From the NCBI GenBank assembly GCA_964536615.1, contig CAZHYG010000002.1, positions 45,000 to 108,999 of the forward strand: a stretch of 64,000 nt of DNA, read 5' to 3'. The stretch is from an uncultured Gammaproteobacteria bacterium. GTDB taxonomy: Bacteria; Patescibacteriota; Patescibacteriia; Magasanikbacterales; GWA2-37-8. The notes beneath the pieces were generated by a model. It did no database searches. It was given only the letters and a program-made list of their open reading frames with translations, and was not told where the DNA came from. This document shows positions 10,328-20,245 of this stretch, piece after piece (the stretch's first letter is position 1; every line of letters starts with the position of its first letter). The translations under genes and the position numbers were made by a program.

Positions 10328-11854
10328 ATGATACAAAAAATACTTGCGGTTTGCGCACTTGCCTCTTTAGCAAATAGCATCATTTCCATACCCGCGTCTG
10401 CTCAAAACACCCAACTTATCGCACCGCAAGAAAACACCGGTTTTTTTCTTGACGCGAAAATTACGTCTGAAAAGAATATCAGAATAGATAAAAAAGCAAT
10501 CTTTGACGCTTCAGAGTCAGTTCTATCAACCCCCACTCTCCCGGCTGAATACATTTGGGATTTTGGCACCGGACCTAAAATAGAAGGCAAAGAAGTAGTG
10601 CGGTCATTTTCTACAATTGGAAAACAGACAGTAACGCTTACTATTCGCCAAGCACAAACACAGGTCAGCACACAAAAAGACATATTTGTGTTTAATAAAA
10701 AAGCATTGCTAATTGCTGACCAGACCAATGTCCCTGCCATTGAAAGCATACAGGCCCAAGCAGCGGAAAATGGCATAGCTTTAGAATTACTGCCAACTGC
10801 AGAAAAGGAAGGAACACTACTCACTGAAGACGCGCTGGTACAAAAAATCAAAGAGGCAACCGATTATATTAAAGATTCAGATATCCTTATTTTTTACACC
10901 CAATCCCCTGTTGGGCTTCAAGCATTTAATTTGTATTGGCGCGATCTTGACCCGGCTACAAAAGAACTGGTCAAAAATAAATTTTTTACGGTTATTTCAG
11001 ATAATAATTTGGATACGGCTGCCAATTTAGCGTACCAGACATTTAATATCATAGAACCAAGCTATATTTTACTCACTCGCCCCGAGGCCATCAATCCGAT
11101 TTTTCTCGCCAAAGACACATCTGATGTGACCGGCATATTGGCGAATCGCGGCATTGAATATAAAATTATTGACAGACGGGGTGAAAAATCTCCGCTATTT
11201 GTACTCTCTCATTTTGTTACCGACCTGGTCTCTCAAGGAGTGTCCTCAAATATTATTTATATAATCTTAATCGTGCCTTTTTTAGCCTGCATTGCCTCAA
11301 TCGCCAAACAAGTTGTGGGTATTAGTGCGTTTGGCGTGTACACCCCCATTATTATCGCCATCTCATTTTTTATTCTTGGCTTGAGATTGGGTATTATCGC
11401 TTTTATCTGCGCAGTAATAATTGGCTATGTTACAAAATATATTCTTAATAAATTTGAACTTTTATACTTGCCAAAAGTGGCGCTAAACTTGGCTTTTATC
11501 AGTTTATCATTCTTGTTTGTCATCTGGCTGGCTCTGGAATACGGCACTTCGGTGCCCCTGTCTATAGCCGTATTTCCGATGCTTGTTATGTCTACGGTAT
11601 CTGAGAAATTTATGGCTGCGCAAAATGAAGAAGGTGTGCGCAGCGCCTTACTGGCAGTTGCGGGCACGCTTTTTATCGTTATCACCTCATATTATTTTGT
11701 AACTTGGACATATATCAACAATGTTCTGCTTGCCTGGCCGGAATTGGTTTTTGTACCAATACTTATCACCATAGCTCTTGGTAAATTTACCGGCTTACGT
11801 TTAGTTGAATACGTTCGCTTTAGAACTTTACTTACCGAACACCAAGAAGAATAA
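10328..11854 (+). CDS. Signal peptide + PKD domain + 7TM domain (7TM_transglut-like) membrane protein
   Basis: FDASES...Y.WDFG (PKD). The C-terminal half has KQVVGISAFGVYTP...FPMLV...E...LGKFTGLRLVEYVRF, typical of the 7TM domain found with inactive transglutaminases next to alpha-L-glutamate ligases. Confidence 0.75.
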   Translation: MIQKILAVCALASLANSIISIPASAQNTQLIAPQENTGFFLDAKITSEKNIRIDKKAIFDASESVLSTPTLPAEYIWDFGTGPKIEGKEVVRSFSTIGKQTVTLTIRQAQTQVSTQKDIFVFNKKALLIADQTNVPAIESIQAQAAENGIALELLPTAEKEGTLLTEDALVQKIKEATDYIKDSDILIFYTQSPVGLQAFNLYWRDLDPATKELVKNKFFTVISDNNLDTAANLAYQTFNIIEPSYILLTRPEAINPIFLAKDTSDVTGILANRGIEYKIIDRRGEKSPLFVLSHFVTDLVSQGVSSNIIYIILIVPFLACIASIAKQVVGISAFGVYTPIIIAISFFILGLRLGIIAFICAVIIGYVTKYILNKFELLYLPKVALNLAFISLSFLFVIWLALEYGTSVPLSIAVFPMLVMSTVSEKFMAAQNEEGVRSALLAVAGTLFIVITSYYFVTWTYINNVLLAWPELVFVPILITIALGKFTGLRLVEYVRFRTLLTEHQEE

Positions 11855-11855
11855 T

Positions 11856-14204
11856 ATGGTTTTGCCAAATTTTCATAGGCAATCTTTTTTTAACAGGCTT
11901 TCGGGCGTACTCGGAATTAACGCGCGCAATTTATTATACATCAGCAGATTCAACAGCAAAGCAAACAAAAATTTTGCTGATGATAAAATGTTTACAAAAA
12001 ATTATCTGCGCTCCCGCGGCCTTGGGGCAGCCAAGGCATTTACGGTTATTAAGAATTACAACGATCTAAAAAATTTTAACCCAAAAAGCTTGCCTGATAA
12101 TTTTGTCATAAAACCAAATCACGGATATGGCGGCGAGGGTATTATCGTATTCACAGAAAAACACCATGGCCGATTTATTGACATTGCTGGAGACATATAC
12201 GACTGGCCGCGAATCCACCGCCATATTTCTTCAATCTTAGACGGTGAATATGCTATTTCCGGCTTAACTGATCAAGTTATTATTGAAGAACGATTAATTG
12301 CGCACTCATTTTTTAAACCGTACATTGCCAATGGATTACCGGATATTCGTGTTATTGTTTTTAATTACATACCGATTATCGCCATGTTGCGCTTACCCAC
12401 CCAAGCCTCACATGGTAAAGCAAACTTGCATCTAGGAGCTGTCGGACTGGGTATTGACATCGCTACCGGAACGGCAACTTATGGCGTATACCAGCATAAA
12501 CTAATACGCACCTTGCCAAATGGAGAAAAATTAGCACAGATAAAAATTCCGCACTGGGATGAAATACTGCTAACTGCTGCTCATGCGCAAAAAGTAAGCC
12601 AGATTGGTTTTTTGGCAGTAGACCTAGCACTCACTACCTCGGGCATAAAAATTCTTGAGCTTAACGCGAGAGCCGGACTTTCAATTCAAATTGCCAATCA
12701 AGTGCCTTTGAGGGCGCGCTTAGAAAAAGTGAGCGATCTAAAAATTGCATCCCCTGAAAAAGGTGTAGAACTCTGTAAAACATTGTTCGGGTCACATACG
12801 CCAGCGGAAGTAAAACATAATAAAGATACGCATGTTCCTATTAGCTTATTTGAACATGTGGAAATACTGAATACAAATCATAGCTCTGTATTAGCAAAAA
12901 TTGACCCTCATTACGATGGCGCGTTTTTTGATAACAGCCTTAAACCTACAGACGCGCACGATGCATTTCTCGGTATTAAATTAAAAACCAAACGCCTTAC
13001 ACTGCCTGCAAATTTTGGCGATTTAAGCCAGCATAATTACAAAATAATTATTGGCGGTAAATTTCTTGAAGGTTTTAGTATTTATAGCCATCCTAATAAA
13101 AATATTTCAGTACTCGCTCCTGCCACAGACACAACTCGTGAAGAAAAAATAATTGCCAATATTGATAAAAAAATATACGAACTTGATAAAAAAATAAGTA
13201 TTGCTAATTGTCTGCGCCCAATTAACCACGATCAGGAAAAACAAACTTTTTTTGAAAATAGATCCGGATCTCCACAATTTAGATATCGCCCTCTCACCCT
13301 CCCGTTTGCACATCTTAAAAAAGAGCTTGAATCTCTACCAGAATCACACCACACGCTCTATCCAATATACAAACAAAAAATTAAAGAAGTTGGCTTAAAG
13401 CTCAGCCTGCTAGAATCAATGGATACTCCATCCTTTCAAACCGCCTCAGAACAACTGTACGGAGCCGCCAATCGCGTCTTATATGACCAGGCCACACGCT
13501 ATATACATGAACATCCGTTTCAACCCGATACGAGCGACCTGATAAGCTTTAAACAAATTATTAAGCGTCTATCCGTATTTTTAGAGGAGCATAAACTTAC
13601 TCACTGGCGCATAAAAAGCTCTGCCGACCGCGTAAACGATATTTCGATTAGCCTTGATGGAACAATCCATATCCGCACCGGAGTAACGTTTACCGAAAAT
13701 CGCTTGCGCGCCGTAATCGCTCATGAAATTGAAACTCATATTTATCGCGCCGAAAATAGCCATTTGCAAAAATATAAAATTTTTGAAACGGGCACAGCTG
13801 GATATATAGCTACCGAAGAAGGTTTGGCTGTATATAACCAGAACGCGCTCGGCGTACCGCTCGGTGAAAAAGAAATCTGGGCTCCACTGCGTTCCATAGG
13901 GGCGTATTTGGCGCAGGAAATGTCATTTGCGGAGCTGTTTGATTATTTAAAGACAAACTATCAGCTAGAAGACGAATCCGCTTGGCGCACCTGCGTAAAA
14001 GTAAAACGAGGCATTTCCGATACCAGCCAAAAAATGGCATTTACCCGGGATACTATTTACTTTACCGGCTTTCAAAAAATATCTGAATTTATGCGCAACG
14101 CTTCGGCTGAAAAAATTAAATACCTATACTTAGGAAAAATCGGTATTGATGATTTGGAAAATATCGGCCCCTTAAGCCAATATAAAATTAAATATTTAAT
14201 TTAA
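11856..14204 (+). CDS. Fusion: alpha-L-glutamate ligase-like ATP-grasp + degenerate RimB-like aspartic protease + DUF1704 (MATCAP-like) metallopeptidase
   Basis: N-terminal: LGINARN, DDK, FVIKP..GYGGEGI, GLPDIRVIV, AMLRLPT..S.GKANLH.GA, LELNARAGL.IQ.AN. Middle: EHVEI...AKIDPH...YKIIIG..FL. C-terminal: HEIETH, TEEGLA, RVKRG-like KVKRG, FTRD.IY. The ATG follows the upstream stop by 1 nt. Confidence 0.8.
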   Translation: MVLPNFHRQSFFNRLSGVLGINARNLLYISRFNSKANKNFADDKMFTKNYLRSRGLGAAKAFTVIKNYNDLKNFNPKSLPDNFVIKPNHGYGGEGIIVFTEKHHGRFIDIAGDIYDWPRIHRHISSILDGEYAISGLTDQVIIEERLIAHSFFKPYIANGLPDIRVIVFNYIPIIAMLRLPTQASHGKANLHLGAVGLGIDIATGTATYGVYQHKLIRTLPNGEKLAQIKIPHWDEILLTAAHAQKVSQIGFLAVDLALTTSGIKILELNARAGLSIQIANQVPLRARLEKVSDLKIASPEKGVELCKTLFGSHTPAEVKHNKDTHVPISLFEHVEILNTNHSSVLAKIDPHYDGAFFDNSLKPTDAHDAFLGIKLKTKRLTLPANFGDLSQHNYKIIIGGKFLEGFSIYSHPNKNISVLAPATDTTREEKIIANIDKKIYELDKKISIANCLRPINHDQEKQTFFENRSGSPQFRYRPLTLPFAHLKKELESLPESHHTLYPIYKQKIKEVGLKLSLLESMDTPSFQTASEQLYGAANRVLYDQATRYIHEHPFQPDTSDLISFKQIIKRLSVFLEEHKLTHWRIKSSADRVNDISISLDGTIHIRTGVTFTENRLRAVIAHEIETHIYRAENSHLQKYKIFETGTAGYIATEEGLAVYNQNALGVPLGEKEIWAPLRSIGAYLAQEMSFAELFDYLKTNYQLEDESAWRTCVKVKRGISDTSQKMAFTRDTIYFTGFQKISEFMRNASAEKIKYLYLGKIGIDDLENIGPLSQYKIKYLI

Positions 14205-14231
14205 ATCTAACATACACTAATTCAAACACTT

Positions 14232-14603
14232 ATGAAAAAATTTTTACAAATATTTTTTATAACTTTAGGAGTAATATTCTTTTTGCTGATACTGGGAGGC
14301 GCTTATTTATATATAGCCGATCCATATGAAATTAGACCAATTATAGCAAGCTTTACCAACAAACCATCACAAACTGATACACAACCGACCGGAACTAACA
14401 TAGATAAAAATCCCCTACTATCTCCTACCCAAGAAAAAGCTTTAGAAAAAATAGGCATTGATCCAGCAACCCTGCCATCAGTAATTACACCTGCAATGGA
14501 AGCGTGCTTCTACCAAAAACTTGGCGCTAATCGTGCAAATGAAATTAAAAATGGCGCACAACCAACCGCATCCGATTACTTTACAGCTCGCGCTTGTTTT
14601 TAA
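14232..14603 (+). CDS. Membrane-anchored hypothetical protein
   Basis: N-terminal TM helix and a small soluble domain with two Cys. Confidence 0.7.
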   Translation: MKKFLQIFFITLGVIFFLLILGGAYLYIADPYEIRPIIASFTNKPSQTDTQPTGTNIDKNPLLSPTQEKALEKIGIDPATLPSVITPAMEACFYQKLGANRANEIKNGAQPTASDYFTARACF

Positions 14604-14629
14604 GCGCTCTAATTTATTTAATTTAAAAT

Positions 14630-15121
14630 ATGAAAAAAAAATTAATTATTTTAGCAGCGCTACTCACACTAACTGGGGCAGGATGCAGCAATAAAACCAA
14701 CGGCGCACAAATTCCAATTGGAGAAACACCAGTCATCTGCACCCAAGACGCGCGTCAATGTGCTGACGGGTCATATGTTGGGCGTACTGGACCAAACTGT
14801 GAATTTGCCGCATGCCCGGCTGAGTCAAAACCAGCACCTACTACAAACACAGACTGGAAAACCATCACTATTGGCGGAGTTGCAACCTTTAGCATTCCTC
14901 CACACTGCACTGCTGATCCCGGAGCTGGCACAACATATATTACATGCCCAACCTTAGACAACGAAACTCCTACACCAGAATTCACCTTCTCTTCCGACGG
15001 TATTCAGGTAAACATGAAGCGCTGGGAAGGCTTAAGCTCGCCATATTGGAACGATGTGATTGCTTCAATGCGCATAATTACCCCGCTCACCCATGCCATT
15101 CAAATCAATATAGAAAAATAA
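14630..15121 (+). CDS. Predicted lipoprotein with Cys-rich CTQDARQCADGSYVGRTGPNCEFAACP module
   Basis: MKKK-hydrophobic-LTGAGC lipobox and a 4-Cys module. Confidence 0.7.
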   Translation: MKKKLIILAALLTLTGAGCSNKTNGAQIPIGETPVICTQDARQCADGSYVGRTGPNCEFAACPAESKPAPTTNTDWKTITIGGVATFSIPPHCTADPGAGTTYITCPTLDNETPTPEFTFSSDGIQVNMKRWEGLSSPYWNDVIASMRIITPLTHAIQINIEK

Positions 15122-15122
15122 C

Positions 15123-15392
15123 ATGAAACCTCAAAATACGCCGACACCTTTTCAGCAAAAAGTATATGCTGTTGTTAAAAAAATCCCCAAAGGCAGCACT
15201 CTTACTTATAAACAAGTGGCTGAAAAAATTGGCAACCCCAATGCCGCACGCGCCATCGGTAACGCGCTGAATAAAAATTATAACCCTGCCATCCCCTGCC
15301 ACCGCGTAATTCGATCGGATGGAAAACTGGGCGGATACAATCGCGGCCGAGCCAAAAAACAGAAGATTCTTCAACAAGAAAAAGCGCTTTAG
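15123..15392 (+). CDS. ogt: Methylated-DNA-protein-cysteine methyltransferase (minimal MGMT)
   Basis: TPFQ..VY, IP.G..LTY, AARAIG, catalytic PCHRV. Confidence 0.9.
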   Translation: MKPQNTPTPFQQKVYAVVKKIPKGSTLTYKQVAEKIGNPNAARAIGNALNKNYNPAIPCHRVIRSDGKLGGYNRGRAKKQKILQQEKAL

Positions 15393-15432
15393 AAAACCTG
15401 ATTTTATCAGAATTTTTAGAGCATTTCCACCG

Positions 15433-15461
15433 TTGACTCAAGCCTTCGGAAGCTGTATTAT
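15433..15461 (+). promoter_or_regulatory. Putative suf promoter
   Basis: TTGACT-N17-TATTAT, 24 nt before sufC. Confidence 0.5.
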
Positions 15462-15485
15462 AAGTTTCTGATATAGCCACATATT

Positions 15486-16247
15486 ATGTCTATTCTTTCC
15501 ATAAAAAACCTACACGCTTCTATCGGAAAAACCAAAATTTTAAACGGCGTTTCACTCACCGTAAACTCAAATGAGATCCATGTTATCATGGGACAAAACG
15601 GATCTGGCAAAAGCACTCTTCTATCTGTGCTAATGGGCAGCCCAAAATATACTGTTACAAACGGTGCTATTACTTTAGACAAAAAAAATATTCTTGAGCT
15701 AACTCCAGATAAACGCGCCCAAGCCGGATTGTTTTTAGGTTTTCAGCACCCTCAGGTTGTGGCTGGCGTGGCGTTAGGGAATTTTTTACGACTCGCTCGC
15801 AACACCATCGGCGCAGTGCAACCAATCAAAGAAGGTCCGATTGCCCCTGCCCAATTTGCCAACACCATGCGTGAAGAAATGGCTCGCCTGAACATAGATC
15901 CTTCATTCATGGCCCGGTCAATTAACGAGGGCTTTTCTGGCGGAGAAAAAAAGAAATCCGAGGTGCTACAAATGGCAATGCTCAAACCAGCATTTGCTTT
16001 TTTGGACGAAATTGACTCTGGTCTTGATATAGACGCTCTAAAAACAGTTGCGCGTCAATTAGCGGCCCTACAAAAAAAACAAAAAATGGGATTAATTATT
16101 GTAAGCCATAATCCAAAAATTTTAGAATTTTTAAAACCAGATACTATACATGTCATGGCCAAAGGCAAAATTGTTGCCAAGGGCCGTAAAGAATTATTAA
16201 AAAAGATAGAAAAAAACGGCTTTGCTTCATTTTTAAAAAAGAAATAA
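15486..16247 (+). CDS. sufC: Fe-S assembly ATPase SufC
   Basis: [37 protein letters not shown]. Confidence 0.95.
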   Translation: MSILSIKNLHASIGKTKILNGVSLTVNSNEIHVIMGQNGSGKSTLLSVLMGSPKYTVTNGAITLDKKNILELTPDKRAQAGLFLGFQHPQVVAGVALGNFLRLARNTIGAVQPIKEGPIAPAQFANTMREEMARLNIDPSFMARSINEGFSGGEKKKSEVLQMAMLKPAFAFLDEIDSGLDIDALKTVARQLAALQKKQKMGLIIVSHNPKILEFLKPDTIHVMAKGKIVAKGRKELLKKIEKNGFASFLKKK

Positions 16248-16249
16248 TC

Positions 16250-17668
16250 ATGGCCATTCCACTTAAAACAAAGAAGATAATTGCCAATACCGGAGATAAA
16301 TCATCGGTTTCTTTTCGCACACAAACTACAAGTATTTTTACCGCAAAAAAAGGCCTGGACGAAAGCGTAATCAGGGAAATATCAAAACAAAAATCCGAGC
16401 CAAAATGGATGTTAGACTTTCGACTACAATCGTACAAAATTTTTTTGGAAAAAAAGATGCCGACTTGGGGCGCTGATTTAAGCTCTATTGATTTCGACTC
16501 AATCTACTATTATGTTCGCCCGCAAGACAAAACCAAACGCAGCTGGGATGACGTACCACAAGAAATAAAAGACACATTTGAAAAATTGGGCGTACCGGAA
16601 GCGGAACGTAAATTTTTAGCTGGCAGCGGAGCGCAGTTTGAATCGGAGATGATCTATCATTCATTGGCAAAAAAACTTGCCGCCCAAGGAGTTATTTTTG
16701 AATCTACTGACGATGCACTCAAAAACCACCCTGATCTATTTAAAAAATACTTTGGTACAATTATCCCCGCTCGAGACAATAAATTTGCAGCTCTTAACTC
16801 CGCTGTATGGTCTGGAGGCAGCTTTATTTATGTGCCAAAAGGCGTTCGGGTGGAATTGCCGCTGCAGGCATATTTCCGTATTAACCGAGAAAATATGGGA
16901 CAATTTGAACGAACGCTTATTATAGCCGACGAAGGCAGTTCGGTGCACTATGTTGAAGGCTGTACTGCCCCCACCTATTCAAGCGACTCACTACATTCAG
17001 CCGTCGTAGAAATTATCGTCAAAAAAAACGCACGCGTTCAATATACAACAATTCAAAATTGGTCGGATAATGTTTATAATCTCGTTACCAAAAGATCTTC
17101 GGTTGATGAAAATGGCGAAATGTTTTGGCTGGATTGCAATTTAGGATCCAAAATCACCATGAAATACCCGAGTATTATTTTGCAAGGCCGAGGCGCGCGC
17201 GGCGAGATTCAGTCGTTAGCTTTTGCCAGCAAAGGCCAGCATCAAGACGCAGGTGGCAAGGTTATCCATCTAGCACCCGACACCAGCTCCACAATCGCCT
17301 CCAAATCTATAAGTAAAAATGGCGGACAAACCACGTATCGTGGTTTAGTTAAAGTTATAAAAGGAGCAAAAAATGTAAAAACTAGAGTTGTGTGCGATGC
17401 GCTTATGCTTGACCCTTCCTCCCGATCTGACACATACCCAACCATGGATATTCGAGAAAAAGATGTAGCGATTGCCCACGAAGCTACCGTAGCCAGTATT
17501 GGCGAAGAAGAACTATTCTACCTCATGAGCCGCGGTCTTTCCGAGGAACAAGCGGCCACCCTTATTGTAAACGGTTTCGCCAATCCTATCATCAAACAAC
17601 TACCGATGGAGTACGCGGTAGAATTAAACCGGCTACTGGCCTTAGAAATGACTGGGTCTGTAGGATAA
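16250..17668 (+). CDS. sufB: Fe-S assembly protein SufB
   Basis: [45 protein letters not shown]. Confidence 0.97.
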   Translation: MAIPLKTKKIIANTGDKSSVSFRTQTTSIFTAKKGLDESVIREISKQKSEPKWMLDFRLQSYKIFLEKKMPTWGADLSSIDFDSIYYYVRPQDKTKRSWDDVPQEIKDTFEKLGVPEAERKFLAGSGAQFESEMIYHSLAKKLAAQGVIFESTDDALKNHPDLFKKYFGTIIPARDNKFAALNSAVWSGGSFIYVPKGVRVELPLQAYFRINRENMGQFERTLIIADEGSSVHYVEGCTAPTYSSDSLHSAVVEIIVKKNARVQYTTIQNWSDNVYNLVTKRSSVDENGEMFWLDCNLGSKITMKYPSIILQGRGARGEIQSLAFASKGQHQDAGGKVIHLAPDTSSTIASKSISKNGGQTTYRGLVKVIKGAKNVKTRVVCDALMLDPSSRSDTYPTMDIREKDVAIAHEATVASIGEEELFYLMSRGLSEEQAATLIVNGFANPIIKQLPMEYAVELNRLLALEMTGSVG

Positions 17669-17672
17669 AATT

Positions 17673-18332
17673 ATGCCAAAAAAAATTATACAAAAAATTC
17701 CTTCTGCGCTGACTATACAAAAAAATAAGCGTGCTTTTTATTTTATAGATACAATTCCCAACGCGGAAATCAATCTTAAAAAACATACCGACACAACTAT
17801 TGTCGCGCTAGTTACTCAAGGCTGGGAAAATGAACGCCGACTTATAGTACGCGCTACCGAACCAGGAGCACGCTGTCGTTTAGTGTTTTTTATTCTGGGA
17901 AATGCTACAAATAAATTTACGGCTACTATACAAGCTATTCATCAAGATGAAAAAACTGACATAAAAGCTCGCATTCGCACAGCCTTAACCGACGAAGCCG
18001 TTTGCTCCGTCGCGGGTGACTGGATCATTGAACCGCGAGCTAAAGGAGCTGACACGCATTTTGCGCACCATACTCTTTTATTATCAGAAAAGGCTTCGGC
18101 AAAAACTTCACCGAACCTGGAAATTAAAACAGACAGCGTAAAGGCAGGCCATTCAGCCAGCGTGGGGAAAATAGATGAAGACGTATTATTTTACTTGCTT
18201 TCTCGCGGCATTTCGGAAACAGACGCGCGCGCTCTTTTGGTACAAGGGTTTTTTGAAAGCGAGCTAAACCAAATTGATAACCAGCGAGTGCAGGACACTA
18301 TTTCTCAAACTGTAAAAATATTTTTAGCATAA
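17673..18332 (+). CDS. sufD: Fe-S assembly protein SufD (short form)
   Basis: LLLSE.A...T.PNLEI...V.AGHSA.VG.IDE..LFYL.SRGI. Confidence 0.85.
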   Translation: MPKKIIQKIPSALTIQKNKRAFYFIDTIPNAEINLKKHTDTTIVALVTQGWENERRLIVRATEPGARCRLVFFILGNATNKFTATIQAIHQDEKTDIKARIRTALTDEAVCSVAGDWIIEPRAKGADTHFAHHTLLLSEKASAKTSPNLEIKTDSVKAGHSASVGKIDEDVLFYLLSRGISETDARALLVQGFFESELNQIDNQRVQDTISQTVKIFLA

Positions 18333-18337
18333 CATAT

Positions 18338-19555
18338 ATGCTTGCTACAAAAAAAGATTTTCCTATTTTACAAAGAAAAATCAATGGTAAAAAACTTGTA
18401 TACCTAGACAGCGCCTCTACCTCACAAAAACCAAAGGCACTTCTATCTGCTCTGCAAAATTTTTATACTACTTCTAACGCCAACATTCACCGAGGTATTC
18501 ATGATCTGTCCGTGGAATCAACTCAACAATACGAAGCGACCAGGAAAAAAGTTGCGGCTTTTATTGGCGCAGCTTCATCCGAAGAAATAGTTTTTACTAA
18601 AAATTGCACCGAGGCAATAAACTGCGTTCGTTTTTCATGGGGTGAAAAAAATATTAATCCTGGCGATGAAATTATTGTAAGCGGCTTAGAACATCATGCC
18701 AATTTTGTGCCCTGGCAAACTCTCGCCACAGAAAAACGCGCGACTTTAAAAATAATTCCGGTTACCTCCGATTTTCAGCTGGATCTGGAGGCGTATAAAA
18801 AAATGCTTTCAAAAAAAACTAAACTTGTTTGCGTTACCAGCCAGTCTAATGTAACTGGTACCATTAACCCCATACAGGAGATGACACGCCTGGCTCATAA
18901 TAAAGGCGCTTTCGTTATGATAGACGGCGCACAAAGCGTTGGCCACAGACCGATTAATGTGCGAAATATTGACTGCGACTTTCTTGCTTTTTCCGCCCAT
19001 AAAATGCTTGGACCAACTGGCGTAGGCGTTATATATATTAAACAAAAAATAATGATGGATATGCCTCCATTTATGTATGGCGGTGAAATGGTAGAAACGG
19101 TGCAAGACACTCACACAACCTACCGCACAGGTCCATGGAAATTTGAAGCCGGCACTCCTAACATTGCCGACATAATTGCATTTGGCGCATCACTTGATTA
19201 TCTGCAAAAAATAGGAGTGGCTCGTATTGCAAAACACGACAAACAGCTTCTTGCGCAGACAAAAAAAATGCTGCGGAAATATCCAAAAGTACGCCTATTC
19301 TCCCCTGCCAATAATAACTTGTGCGGAAATGTTCTGTCTTTTACTGTTGAAGGAGTTCATCCGCACGATATTGCCACAATTTTTAATAACGAAGGCATAG
19401 CCATTCGTTCCGGACTTCACTGCGCTGAACCGCTCGCCCGACGACTCGGCATAACCGGCACAGCGCGCCTAAGTTTTTATCTATACAACGATATGGCCGA
19501 TATAGACAAGGTTGAAAAAGCTCTGCAAAAAGTAATCAAAATTTTTAAATTATAG
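18338..19555 (+). CDS. sufS: Cysteine desulfurase SufS
   Basis: YLDSASTSQKP, EHHAN, DGAQ, SAHKM, FEAGTP, RSGLHCA. Confidence 0.95.
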   Translation: MLATKKDFPILQRKINGKKLVYLDSASTSQKPKALLSALQNFYTTSNANIHRGIHDLSVESTQQYEATRKKVAAFIGAASSEEIVFTKNCTEAINCVRFSWGEKNINPGDEIIVSGLEHHANFVPWQTLATEKRATLKIIPVTSDFQLDLEAYKKMLSKKTKLVCVTSQSNVTGTINPIQEMTRLAHNKGAFVMIDGAQSVGHRPINVRNIDCDFLAFSAHKMLGPTGVGVIYIKQKIMMDMPPFMYGGEMVETVQDTHTTYRTGPWKFEAGTPNIADIIAFGASLDYLQKIGVARIAKHDKQLLAQTKKMLRKYPKVRLFSPANNNLCGNVLSFTVEGVHPHDIATIFNNEGIAIRSGLHCAEPLARRLGITGTARLSFYLYNDMADIDKVEKALQKVIKIFKL

Positions 19556-19557
19556 AT

Positions 19558-19926
19558 ATGGATCTTTATAACGAAATAATTTTAGATCATTATCATAACC
19601 CGCACCACGCCACGGCTCTTCATACATTTACCCAGACTTCCACTGTACACAACCCTCTATGCGGAGATGTTCTAAAGCTCGACATCAATGTAAAAAATGG
19701 CATAATTGCAGACATCGGATTTACGGGCAATGGCTGCGCGATTAGCCAGGCTGCCATGTCTTTGCTAGCTGACGCAGTAATTGGAAAAAAAATTAGCGCT
19801 GTAAAAAAAATAAACCAAACTAAAATTTATGCGCTGCTTGGAATTCCTATCAGTCCCGGACGCAGTAAATGCGCCTTGCTTGGATTAAGCGCCTTAAAAC
19901 AAAATCTTACTGCTTATGAAAAATAA
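19558..19926 (+). CDS. sufU: SufU/IscU-type protein
   Basis: ILDHY.NP, NPLCGD, GCAISQA, R.KCA.L. Confidence 0.9.
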   Translation: MDLYNEIILDHYHNPHHATALHTFTQTSTVHNPLCGDVLKLDINVKNGIIADIGFTGNGCAISQAAMSLLADAVIGKKISAVKKINQTKIYALLGIPISPGRSKCALLGLSALKQNLTAYEK

Positions 19927-20245
19927 AACCGCCTGCACTCCGACACCGCCGGAAAAACGCACTGAGCCATACTGGAAAATACTCAACAATATTATTGACC
20001 CTGAAATTGGCGTTGGAGTTGTTGATCTTGGCTTAATTTATAACATAGAAATTAAACAAAACACAGCCACAATTACTATGACTTTTACCAGCATGGGCTG
20101 CCCGGCAGGACCAAGTATTACCGAACAAATAAAAGAAGAAATGGAAAAAATTCCTGGCGTAAAAAAAGCAAAAATTAATATCGTTTGGGACCCTATTTGG
20201 ACTGCAGATAGAATGAATCCGGATATCCGGTTCATGCTTCCGTAA
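19916..20245 (+). CDS. sufT: DUF59 / SufT-type Fe-S maturation protein
   Basis: DPE.G..VVDLGLIY, T..GCP, VWDP.WT. Confidence 0.85.
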   Translation: MKNKTACTPTPPEKRTEPYWKILNNIIDPEIGVGVVDLGLIYNIEIKQNTATITMTFTSMGCPAGPSITEQIKEEMEKIPGVKKAKINIVWDPIWTADRMNPDIRFMLP

